A DNA stretch of 64,000 bases, from contig JAQGDQ010000417.1 in NCBI GenBank assembly GCA_030141605.1, forward strand, positions 124,001 through 188,000, read 5' to 3'. Positions 53,751 through 63,751 of this stretch are shown one piece after another; position 1 is the stretch's first letter, and every line of letters begins with the position of its first letter. The translations under genes were made by a program, and so were the position numbers. Origin of the DNA: Tubiluchus corallicola. Lineage: Eukaryota; Animalia; Priapulida. Under the pieces are notes generated by a model that had not been told where the DNA came from, did no database searches, and worked only from the letters and a program-made list of their open reading frames with translations.

Positions 53751-55016
53751 ACACGCATAAGTTAAGAGCCATGTTTAATTCGATAATGCACTAGTCCATC
53801 ATCCTAGGTACCTCAAACAGTTCTCTTATATAACGTGCCATACAATGTATTTTTTACTGTACAAATACCACATATTACATGTTTTTGGTGAACGTTTAAG
53901 AGAGATAAAGTTTGCATGTCTACGCATTGGACTCTGTTTTAGCCTAATGAAAAAAGCTCTGAGCTGCATGGAACAGGATTTTAACAATTAGTGGTGTGTT
54001 ATATACTAAGTGAAGGCTGCGTTTACAGATCACTTACTGCCAATCAAATGCAAGAGCCTTGGCAACATTTCTATTTACCATCAAATAGAGACTTTGTTAC
54101 TCTGTTCACTAGAAACTGTGTGTCATGTATGAAACAAACAGCATTGTCTGGAGCACATTAGTGTCTGTTTATTTTTCTATTACATGAGTTATACGAAGCT
54201 TTTGTGGTCAAATGTCAAACGTCACTATGTGTCACCATCTGAGCACCTACACCAGATGTCTATCCTTCAAGTTTTGGGACTCTAGGTATTGGGTTTTTTT
54301 AGTTATTGAGTGTCATAGTGGAGAATAAAAACAAATAAATAAACTGTTTGTGAAAAAGAAGATTCGCATGTATTGCACGACCTTAAGGCACACCTTAGTG
54401 TGCAATAATTTATTACGGATTATCCTAGGCGCTAAATCAATTACACAAAAAAACCCCATTTGCTTATTAATTACAGCAGGTGTGCGTTAATGCCTTGAAA
54501 TTTTTGTTTGACTACAATGAATTGTTCTGTCTGGGATTAGACTAAAACAAAGACTGATCGCAAGAGATTGTCTAGTGATGGCATTAAACTTACACCTTAA
54601 AGATACCTGGCTCGAATCCAGGTTTATAAAAGATTGATTCAAAGTTTTGTTAAGCTTCAAGTTCAAAAATTTATCGATTGCAGTACATTGATAGGGCAAG
54701 CAGAACGTTCAAGTGGTAACTGTGACTACGTTCTGGGAGTTTTTTACTAAACGAAGGAATACATAACCAAAAAGTGCAGGCTGTGCCCTGAAGTTATCAA
54801 AAATCACAAAATCTCACCCAGAAGTTTTCGAAGATTCGAACTCCAAAAAATCACAGATGGGTGAAAGAATTCCAGTCTGGCAACTCCTAAACTACTCGCC
54901 TTGTTCTTGTTCTTGCATCTCGCTGGAAACAGCTAATAGCTTAATATTCGCTGTACATTCGACGGACGGTAAGCTCATTCAACTGAAAGCTCCATGAGAG
55001 GGGGAAATTTTAAAAG

Positions 55017-55294
55017 CACACAAACCGGTAAATGCTTTCACACTTGTCCATTGGACAACATTAAAGTAGAAGCCCACGAACTGGTAAAGGCTTTCACACT
55101 TACCCATTGGACAACATTAAAGTAGAAGCTCACAAACCGGTAAATGCTTTCACACTTGTCCATTGGACAACATTAAAGGAGAAGCTCACAAACCGGTAAA
55201 TGCTTTCACACTTGTCCATTGGACAACATTAAAGGAGAAGCCCACAAACTGGTAAATACATTCACACCTGTCCATTGGACAACATTAAAGTGGA
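55017..55294. repeat. Same 56-bp minisatellite, about 5 copies
   Basis: Same unit and flanks. Confidence 0.92.
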
Positions 55295-55667
55295 CTACAA
55301 TTAAGCGAAAACTTGTTCGATGTTTTGAAATTTTTGTATCTTGTCCGTCAAAAAGATACTAAACCAGAACCAAGAAGATACTAAAGAGAACTTCTCAAAT
55401 GAGTTCGTTCTTTGAATGACACCACATGTGTAAATATGTTATTGGTCTTTATTTTCACAATACCTGTATGCTGATGTATAATGCCTTTACTGCATTATTT
55501 ACTGCAATTACACCTGTTGTTCCTGATCACAGTAACGTTTCCCTTAATGGCTATGGCTGTAAAACATTCGGCTAATGTGTTTCAGTTTTTTTGTAGCCAT
55601 GATATCGATGTATTTTTTGTTGGTTAAACAATACTGGCAATATACATAAGTAAATCTCTTTAGTTTT

Positions 55668-55789
55668 TATCTGCACAAACAGATTTTTTGAATGCTTTTC
55701 TAAACTTGCTATTCATTGCAGCATAGATGATTGGATTGGCAAAACTGTTGCAATATCCAAACCAAACGCAGAAGAAATGATTCAGAGCA
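55668..55789 (-). pseudogene. GPCR 3' fragment (TM7-helix 8 only)
   Basis: Encodes ...[35 protein letters not shown], fused directly to upstream-flank sequence. Confidence 0.8.
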
Positions 55790-55974
55790 TCATCCTAGGT
55801 GAGCATCATCCTACAGATCACTTACTGCCTACCAAATGCAACAGCCATGACAACATTTCTATTTACCATCAAATAGAGACTTTGTTGCTCTGTTCACTAG
55901 AAACTGTGTGTCAGGCATGAAACAAACAGCATTATCTGGAGCACATTAGTGTCTGTTTACTTTTCTATTACATG

Positions 55975-56418
55975 AGTTAAAAAACTTGTAACAATTTTAT
56001 TGCAAAATGTACAATGTTTACAGATTATAAACTTTTATGACACATTATGATACCACTACAGTAGAAAATTTTCAACCTCTCCAAATGCTATCTCAAGACC
56101 AACCGGAACTTGCATGCCTGGGAGAATAAAGCTCTAATCACATGACCAGACATACAAGTTCCTATTGGAAGGTACATTAATTCATGCAAAGGTCACCTCT
56201 ACTCTACATGTTAAACCAACATCAAATCTACTTGGCTTCTTATATAGCAGAATACATTAAGTTCACTAGTTGCTTCTCTTCCAAACTTTATCTAATTTTC
56301 AGTAGTCATGGAAATTAGGAGATGGGGAGGCATATTGAGGCTGCAGCTAAAAAACATTTGTAGAAAACTGACAATTAAATAGATTACATAATAATACAAT
56401 CGCGTACAATAAGCGACA
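55975..56418 (-). repeat. 3' LTR (inner boundary tentative)
   Basis: 55976-56223 is identical by eye to 63753-64000. Minus-strand AATAAA near 55996-56001 and a TATA-like TATATAAG near 56240. The inner end at TGTCGC (56418) is inferred, not shown. Confidence 0.75.
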
Positions 56419-56936
56419 CTGCGCCAACAGAGAAAAAAAAGGAAAATGGAAAAAGTCATTAGCTACAGAGCAAACACAAAATGTCATGTCATGGATCACA
56501 AAGCTACATCAATACATACAATACAACATCAGAGAAAAAATTACCATTATACATTATCAAAATCAGATTTTGTTAATTGGCACTACAAAACCGACAATAC
56601 ATTTAAAGTCGTCTAATAATCAATGTAATCAGCAACTAGTAATCATGTAATCAATTTCAAAACAAAACTAAACAATGTAACAAAATTAATAAAAACTGAG
56701 GAAGGGTCTAACAGTGCTATGGGCTACTGCGAGTGCCATTTCCTAACGGCCATGTAGTTTAATTATCCCTTCAAAATCATTAAAAATTTAACAGTAATAT
56801 TAATGCGCAAGTCATAGACATAACAATAATACTAGTACGCAACTCATAAAAACTTTATGGGTTGCATTGTTCTGGACGCTGATGTACAACGAGAAAGATG
56901 TGAATGTAATTATACAGCGTGAGGTAAGATAATTAC

Positions 56937-59900
56937 TTAAACCTTATCATTATCAATCAGACCTTTGATAATTTTTCTTGCTTTGACAGCTGATTCTCGT
57001 TTAGTTAACATACGTTTGACGAGCATTGGAGACTTGCAAGTAAGAGGTTGGTCAGATGCTGCCTGAGTGATAGGATACAAATGATGTACGGGTCTTTGCA
57101 ATGAGTTTCCATTAGCCAGTACCACTTCAGCACCTCGTACTTCCCCATCACTACTGCCTAACAACCGAGAAATTCGGCCTAATTTCCATCTCCCTCTTGG
57201 GTGATTTTCTTCCTTAATTAGAACAACATCATTAATTTTTGGAATTTGTTTGAGTGCACCCCTTTTAGTTACCAGCTCTGACTGGGTTCTTGCACGCAAG
57301 TCTCCAAGGTATTCAGTTTGCCACCGTTTCCAAAATTGTTTAACTTGTTTCTGACCATTTTTCCAATTCTCAATTAATGCTTTTATCGTTGGTTGGAAAT
57401 CTGGGTCATTGCACACATTACTTTCAAGGTCTTGGATGCCTGGTGGACGATGTCCAGTAGGCATGAGAAAGGAATTTGGCGACAATGCTTCTAACGTGGA
57501 TGAGTCAACATAACAGAGTGGTCTGGAGTTGATAATGTACTGGATCTCTTCTAGTACAGTCACCAGTATTTCATAAGGAAGAGGTTTGCACAATGTTGTT
57601 TTTCTGAGAGTGCGTTTTACCAGACCAACAAGTCTTTCATAATGACCCCCTTGATGTGATGCTTTGGGGATAATGAAAGACCATGAAAAACCAGATTTAG
57701 TAGCAAATTCTTGACACAATTTGCTATGCAATACAGAATTGAAATGAGCATCCATGGTATTTCGAACTAGCTTGAAGGTGGGTGCATTATCTGAATACAT
57801 TTTTTTAGGACAGCCATAGCGAGCTATGAACCTTCTCAAGACTAGTATTAGAGATTCTGCTGTCATGTCTGTAACTAGAGCTAAATGAACTGCCCTAGTT
57901 GTCAAGCAGTCGAACAACACTATCCAAGACTTTTTTGTCAAGTTCTTGGTTTTAGAAGTACCACTCTTATACAAAATAGGCCCCATATAATCTACTCCCA
58001 CATAAGAGTAGGGACAAGAGGGTACCAGACGCTCATCAGGTAACTGTTTAAATGGAGGTGAGCAATAAGGACCACCTTCATATCTTCTACATGTTAAACA
58101 TTTTCTTAAGATAGCTCTTATGATATTGCGCCCATTAGGCACCCAATAGTTAATGCGGAAAATTGCCAAAACCTGTGATACGCCAACATGGCAATATACT
58201 TTGTGTATATGTTGCACAATTAGTTCTACAAGTTTACAATTTGGTAGTAATAGTGGTTGTGATGTTAATAAACTGTGCTTATTCTGAAATCTTGTTTTGC
58301 AAGCAATTAGACCAGCATCATTCACAAAGAAGGTGACATTAGAAGAGGCCCTTTGCAATTTTTGCTGAACAAAATCAAGGTAAGTAAACTGTATCCATCT
58401 GATCCACAGTTTCAAAGCCTGTGTTGTCTCCTGTATGGTAACGAGATTTTCGCTCAATCTTAGGCCCTCTTTGTAATGTACAATTACTTGCATAATTCTG
58501 AGTACAAAGGCAGTGACTATTAGAAGTCTGTCTAACGATGAGTAATCATTGATGTTAATCACATTGCCAATTTTTTGTTTGCAGGCTATGGCATTAGCTA
58601 CACAAGATGTTTCAAAGAAGACTTCCTTGGTATTGGGCATTTCAGACTCTACTTCAATTTCTTGCTCTTGTGTAAGACTGGGAGCAGAAGAAGAGACAGG
58701 CCAAGTTACGATCTCTTGGGTAAGAAAGGTAGGACCGTGTAACCATGATTCTGAAATAGGCCTTTCCGTTATCCTCGTCCCTTTATCTGCAGGATTTAAA
58801 TCGGATGAAATGTGCCTGACTTCCAGATTGGGCACTTCTTTTATCTCTTGAATCCGATTTCTGACAAAGATAGAAAGCCTTTTTTGAGAATGCAGCCAGT
58901 GCAACACACATAATGAGTCAATGAACAGAAATGCTTGTTCTATGTCAACATGAAGGTGTTGCTTGGCATACACAATCGCACGAGATCCTATCAAGGCAGC
59001 CATAAGTTCGGCCCTTGGTATGGTAAATTTATTGGGTGGCACAATTCGTGTTTTGGCAAACAAAATGTTTGACTGACAGGAGTTAAGTGACATGTCATGC
59101 ACTCTTAAGTACAGCACACAACAGTAAGCCTTTTGCGAAGCATCAGCAAAGCACACAATTGTGTATAGAGCATTGACAGCAGCTATATATCTAGGGACAG
59201 TCAATGTCTGAGTAAACTGTATTAAGTTTACAGCCTGTTGCCACAAATTTAAGTTGTCTTCATTCAATTGAGTGTCCCAACCCAGCTTTTGTTGCCATAA
59301 TGATGATAATAGTAATTTTCCAGGAAGAAGCAATGGAGCACTGATACCAGTTGGATCAAAGACTGAAGAAACGCAATGAAGGATCTTTCGTTTGGTGTCA
59401 GCTTCACGAAAGGCAGTAACATCAATTTTGACTAAGGAAAGGGTGTCTTCCAATCGGTCATAAAACAGTCCCAAAACCTTCATGTGAGGATCTGTGACTC
59501 GATCGCTATCAGGTAACATGTCAAGGAACTGACTTGAATTAGAGAACCACTGTCTCAAATTGAAACCCGCTTCTTTGAAGAGTTGTTTAGCAGCACTGTA
59601 AAAACTCACTGCTTGTTCTTCACCATCAACACCAGTCAGCAAGTTGTCCACATACAGATCTCGTAAAATCTGACTTGAAAGCTCTGTATCATGCAACTTC
59701 AGGTGATGTGTGATGGTGGCAGCAAGCAGGAAAGGTGAGCAAATTATGCCAAAAGCTACTCGCTTGAAGCGATATATGACTAAATTCTTTGGTGAAAAAT
59801 CAAATTTAGTTGGGTCCCTCAGCCACAAAAAACGGGTACAGTCCCTATCGCCTTCGTGCAAGCCCACATTTAAAAAAGCCTTTTCTATGTCCGCAATCAG

Positions 59901-62900
59901 TACTGTATGAAACAATCTAAAGCGTAACAGTATACCTAATAATTGCGGTAGGATAATGGGCCCACGGTACAAAATTTCATTTAACGATGGATTACTGCGC
60001 CGTGTCTTAGCAGATCCATCATACACAATCCTTACTTGAGTCGTTTTTGACGTCTCTCGAATGACGCAATGATGTGGAATGTAATGTTGTATTTTTCCAC
60101 AAGTAACTTCGGGGGTGACCTCTTCAATTATGTTTAATTCAAGTTGTTCCATAATGTTACCATGATAACGCTTTAACAACTCAGGTTGGTCAATTAATTT
60201 TGCAACACAACTCTTTAAGCGACCAAAGGCTAGAGCATAGTTGTCAGGAAGTGGTTTGTGATTAAGTTTAAATGGCCAGCTGACCATATAACGGCCATCT
60301 CTAAACTCTACTGAGTTTTCAAATTTTCTTACAGCCATCTCATCATCATCAACTGTTGGTGAATCCTGAATTCCTAAAGAATCCAGGGACCAGAATCGCT
60401 CTAACTGATAACTACGCTCTGTCTTATCATCATAATTGGCAACAATGTCGATGCATGACAAGTGCACTTCAGGTTTAGTAACATCTAAACTAGACAAGTT
60501 GTCAATGATCAAATTCATTGAAGTGTCAAAACCAGGCTGAAATGACAATAATGCTGTGTTACATGTGACATTTTCATTTTCAGCATCAATGGATTTTTTC
60601 TGAACTGTGCCACCAATAATGTAACCAAGACAACTAGCAAACATAAAAATGTCAGGTCCTAATTTTCTCTTCTCAGCACCCAATACTCTGAAGTAATGAT
60701 CATTTCCAATTAAGAGTTCAATTTGCTCTTTCAGGTCATCATCAGAAGAATGGGTACCTGGTAGGACATCGGCCATGAGACCTTCCCAGCACTTTAACTT
60801 TGAATAAATGTCAGAAGGGAGACTAGGCCTTCGAGAATATTGAGCAATAAATGGTACAACCCTTACATCTAATTCCAATTGGCAAGAGGTAGGACCACCG
60901 TTTAAAGTTATTACACTATCATAGCACTCAATTCGTTTTGGCTCAGGATTAGCAAATGTAGATAACATAACAGTGGATTTATTGCTCAATGGCAAATCAA
61001 GTCGGTCTGCTAGTGACTTTGTTATGTAGCTAGTGTGACTACCAGTATCTAAAAACCCTCTGATTCTTACACCATCTTGAAGTTTTCGTTCCCTTTTCAT
61101 CAATGTTTGAGGGTTGAATGCATAACATAATACTGTCTGCATGATTGTGGTTTTTGAATTTGGTTTTGAGTTCAACAGCATAGACTCATTAGTGAGATGG
61201 CTTTGCTTGGGCACTGCACTAATTTCAACGCATTGTGGGTTGGGCCGTTTGTTAAATGCAGCCTTTTCACACAAAGTGAGGTTATGACGACCCAAACAAA
61301 CAACACATTGTTTAGTGCAGGTATCTTCAGTATGACTTTTTGACATGCATATCATACATCTATTTTGCATTTTCAGTATGGCTTTCTTTTCAGAAATTGA
61401 CAACTCGTGACAGTACCTGCTCGGATGGCCAGTCTTACCACACAAGAAACATGGGAATTTCTTGAATCCCGATGAAGACCCAACAGGTTTGTTTGATTTG
61501 GGTTTACCTTTGTTCACTTTAGGTTTATTAGAGCCCTTGTTAGGTGGTAGACTTGATAACCCAGGATGCCCAATACCTTCACTTTGGAATGCAATCTGTT
61601 GTTCAGTATTACTTAGTACAGATTCATGCTGGTAGTTTGATCTTCGACCTGCAAAACCCAATTTAGCATTTTTGTATGAAGGTTTGCTTATGGGTTTTTC
61701 AGTAGGTGTGGGCACTGAATTCTTATCCTTTTGAATTGCTTCAATGTCTTCAACATACCACTCCATGGTTCTGATCAAATCATCTAGTTTCCACCTTGAA
61801 CCATGGGTCATACCAGAGCACATTCTACGCAATTCATTGTTTATGTTAGCTGGAAGACGCCTGGTAATTTGTCTGACTATGTAATGCTCTTCCTCATACC
61901 CCAACATGGCCAAAGTTCTTAGTATTGACTCAATTTTGTCAAGAAATTTTCGAAGGTTTGTAGCATTTGGTGCAACTGTTTCTAAATTTTCAAGCAAGTC
62001 TAAGTTTCTATCTATCAAATCATCTTTCTTTAGAAACCGCTTTACCAAATGATTGACTGCCTGCTGATAACTTTCGGGTATGGCTGGGTAGGATTTCACA
62101 ATTTCTAGTGGAACACCCTTTAAAGACATTTTTAGGTAATTCAATTTTTTCATTTCTTTCAGATCAGCACGTGTGTGAATCTCATCATGAAAAATTGACC
62201 AGAAACCCTGAAAATCATCACCATCACCCGAAAAAGTGGGTAATTGAAACTTGGGTAATCTCGAATTTCTAAAGTAGGCATCAGAATCACTTTCATTAGA
62301 TGCCTGTGAAGCATGGCATGCCTGTACTGGGGAAGCATACATACTTGCTAAACGTGAAGGTGTTACTTTAGAAGTTTGAGCAATGACAGACTCATGCAAT
62401 GTATTATCCATAACACTGTGTTTAGGTTTTGGTTTAGTGTCTGCCATGTGATGATCACGTGATTCTAGACGTTCAAGACGTGATGCAATCATATCCATGG
62501 TTTGCATCATTGTATTGAAAACTGATGAAGGGGGATAATTCTGATCACCGTGAGCATTATAAACATTACTGCCATATGCTTTAGTACCTGCCTGTCCAGC
62601 AAAGGCAGCATTGCCTGCATTTTTGAATTTTGAAACAAACACACCAGAAGCTTTTGAAGTACTTGCTGGTTGATATACAGGCTCTAGGGCAGCTATTATC
62701 AAATTCTGCTGATTAAGTTCAAAATTACCTTTGCTTTTAAATTTCTGTAGTAGCAATTTTGGTAAGCCTAACAAATCTTGTTTCAAAACTGCCCTAGAAT
62801 TAATTAATTCGTGGCTTGCATCTGCCATGGTGTCATTATTACAACGATAATAACAATCTATCAATTTTCCATAAGTCTCAATTAACTCCTGTACGGTATC

Positions 62901-63455
62901 TGTATAATCAGAAAGATAATTGTTTGCTTTGTCAATCAAAGTTTCAATATTTTCAAAGCATAACAAATTATACAAAGAATTGCTAAACCTAATCATGTCA
63001 TACCGCATCTCAGTAAATCTGTGGTTGTGTATTCTGATTTTCTGCAGGAACATCTCAATCTCCTGATCAATTTCCAGGGGCAGCTCTATGTTGGGTTTTT
63101 CTAGCAGTGGAACCAGTGGATATGCTTCATCCTCTTCACTCTCTCCTGGCTCCTCATCACAATCAGGCTTCGACATTGCAGCTGACGTCTCCGGTTCCTC
63201 CTGTATCACGTTTGGGCTGGCACGGGCATTTTGCTCTCTGTATTCCAGTATTCTGCGAACCAGCTCAGCTTTTGTACCGTAGACTGGTAGACCCTTGTCT
63301 CGTGAGAGATCTTTCAATTCCCTTTGTGTAAGATCCATCAATTCTAGACGTGACATCGGTATCGGCCCAGTTACATAGGTACGTATTTCGGTATCAGAAA
63401 CGCCCTCCGGTGCAGGAAGAATTTGAGCTTGTGAAGATTTGAGTTGATCTGTCAT
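56937..63455 (-). CDS. BEL/Pao Gag-Pol polyprotein (SAP-like, DUF1759 gag, 3 Cys/His knuckles, protease, RT, RNase H, integrase, DUF5641-like tail)
   Basis: LPKFQLPTFSG...KLNYL; CFLCGKTGHPSRYC / CMICMSKSHTEDTC / CVVCLGRHNLTLC; LDTGS; YIPHH, ADIEKAFL, YVDN; FADAS, IPRAEL, NPAD; GVDYMGP, SDNAPTF, GGHYERLVG; FWKRWQTEYL. The first ATG is at 63455; the ORF-track start at 63506 is GTG. Confidence 0.96.
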   Translation of the reverse strand: MTDQLKSSQAQILPAPEGVSDTEIRTYVTGPIPMSRLELMDLTQRELKDLSRDKGLPVYGTKAELVRRILEYREQNARASPNVIQEEPETSAAMSKPDCDEEPGESEEDEAYPLVPLLEKPNIELPLEIDQEIEMFLQKIRIHNHRFTEMRYDMIRFSNSLYNLLCFENIETLIDKANNYLSDYTDTVQELIETYGKLIDCYYRCNNDTMADASHELINSRAVLKQDLLGLPKLLLQKFKSKGNFELNQQNLIIAALEPVYQPASTSKASGVFVSKFKNAGNAAFAGQAGTKAYGSNVYNAHGDQNYPPSSVFNTMMQTMDMIASRLERLESRDHHMADTKPKPKHSVMDNTLHESVIAQTSKVTPSRLASMYASPVQACHASQASNESDSDAYFRNSRLPKFQLPTFSGDGDDFQGFWSIFHDEIHTRADLKEMKKLNYLKMSLKGVPLEIVKSYPAIPESYQQAVNHLVKRFLKKDDLIDRNLDLLENLETVAPNATNLRKFLDKIESILRTLAMLGYEEEHYIVRQITRRLPANINNELRRMCSGMTHGSRWKLDDLIRTMEWYVEDIEAIQKDKNSVPTPTEKPISKPSYKNAKLGFAGRRSNYQHESVLSNTEQQIAFQSEGIGHPGLSSLPPNKGSNKPKVNKGKPKSNKPVGSSSGFKKFPCFLCGKTGHPSRYCHELSISEKKAILKMQNRCMICMSKSHTEDTCTKQCVVCLGRHNLTLCEKAAFNKRPNPQCVEISAVPKQSHLTNESMLLNSKPNSKTTIMQTVLCYAFNPQTLMKRERKLQDGVRIRGFLDTGSHTSYITKSLADRLDLPLSNKSTVMLSTFANPEPKRIECYDSVITLNGGPTSCQLELDVRVVPFIAQYSRRPSLPSDIYSKLKCWEGLMADVLPGTHSSDDDLKEQIELLIGNDHYFRVLGAEKRKLGPDIFMFASCLGYIIGGTVQKKSIDAENENVTCNTALLSFQPGFDTSMNLIIDNLSSLDVTKPEVHLSCIDIVANYDDKTERSYQLERFWSLDSLGIQDSPTVDDDEMAVRKFENSVEFRDGRYMVSWPFKLNHKPLPDNYALAFGRLKSCVAKLIDQPELLKRYHGNIMEQLELNIIEEVTPEVTCGKIQHYIPHHCVIRETSKTTQVRIVYDGSAKTRRSNPSLNEILYRGPIILPQLLGILLRFRLFHTVLIADIEKAFLNVGLHEGDRDCTRFLWLRDPTKFDFSPKNLVIYRFKRVAFGIICSPFLLAATITHHLKLHDTELSSQILRDLYVDNLLTGVDGEEQAVSFYSAAKQLFKEAGFNLRQWFSNSSQFLDMLPDSDRVTDPHMKVLGLFYDRLEDTLSLVKIDVTAFREADTKRKILHCVSSVFDPTGISAPLLLPGKLLLSSLWQQKLGWDTQLNEDNLNLWQQAVNLIQFTQTLTVPRYIAAVNALYTIVCFADASQKAYCCVLYLRVHDMSLNSCQSNILFAKTRIVPPNKFTIPRAELMAALIGSRAIVYAKQHLHVDIEQAFLFIDSLCVLHWLHSQKRLSIFVRNRIQEIKEVPNLEVRHISSDLNPADKGTRITERPISESWLHGPTFLTQEIVTWPVSSSAPSLTQEQEIEVESEMPNTKEVFFETSCVANAIACKQKIGNVININDYSSLDRLLIVTAFVLRIMQVIVHYKEGLRLSENLVTIQETTQALKLWIRWIQFTYLDFVQQKLQRASSNVTFFVNDAGLIACKTRFQNKHSLLTSQPLLLPNCKLVELIVQHIHKVYCHVGVSQVLAIFRINYWVPNGRNIIRAILRKCLTCRRYEGGPYCSPPFKQLPDERLVPSCPYSYVGVDYMGPILYKSGTSKTKNLTKKSWIVLFDCLTTRAVHLALVTDMTAESLILVLRRFIARYGCPKKMYSDNAPTFKLVRNTMDAHFNSVLHSKLCQEFATKSGFSWSFIIPKASHQGGHYERLVGLVKRTLRKTTLCKPLPYEILVTVLEEIQYIINSRPLCYVDSSTLEALSPNSFLMPTGHRPPGIQDLESNVCNDPDFQPTIKALIENWKNGQKQVKQFWKRWQTEYLGDLRARTQSELVTKRGALKQIPKINDVVLIKEENHPRGRWKLGRISRLLGSSDGEVRGAEVVLANGNSLQRPVHHLYPITQAASDQPLTCKSPMLVKRMLTKRESAVKARKIIKGLIDNDKV

Positions 63456-63462
63456 GCTGTAA

Positions 63463-63723
63463 CGAATGCAGGTAAGTGCAAGAAAATTATTTCTTAAATG
63501 CAGCACTTAATGCACTGTGCATTCAAACCATTTCCAGTTCCTAGTCATACTGTATGGAATGCAGGTAAGTGCAAGAAATAATTTTAAGTACAGCACTCAG
63601 TGCATTGTGCATGTAAACCAATTCCAGTTCCAAAACGTAGCACTTAATGCACTGTAACTAAACCAATTCCAGTTCCAAAATGTGGCACTTTATGCACTGT
63701 GTATCTAAACCAATTCCAGTTCC
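63463..63723. repeat. Degenerate tandem repeats in the retrotransposon 5' leader
   Basis: GCACTTAATGCACTGT...AAACCAATTCCAGTTCC x4; AATGCAGGTAAGTGCAAGAAA x2. Confidence 0.75.
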
Positions 63724-63731
63724 TCAGAACG

Positions 63732-63749
63732 TCCCGGGTTTCGGCACCA
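63732..63749 (-). promoter_or_regulatory. Primer binding site complementary to the tRNA-Phe 3' end
   Basis: The minus strand reads TGGTGCCGAAACCCGGGA, the complement of TCCCGGGTTTCGGCACCA, the 3' 18 nt of metazoan cytosolic tRNA-Phe(GAA). Confidence 0.92.
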
Positions 63750-63751
63750 GA

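Noticed and set aside
63732-63749. tRNA-Phe gene
   Set aside because: Only the 3' 18 nt including CCA are present, next to the LTR, so it is a primer binding site.
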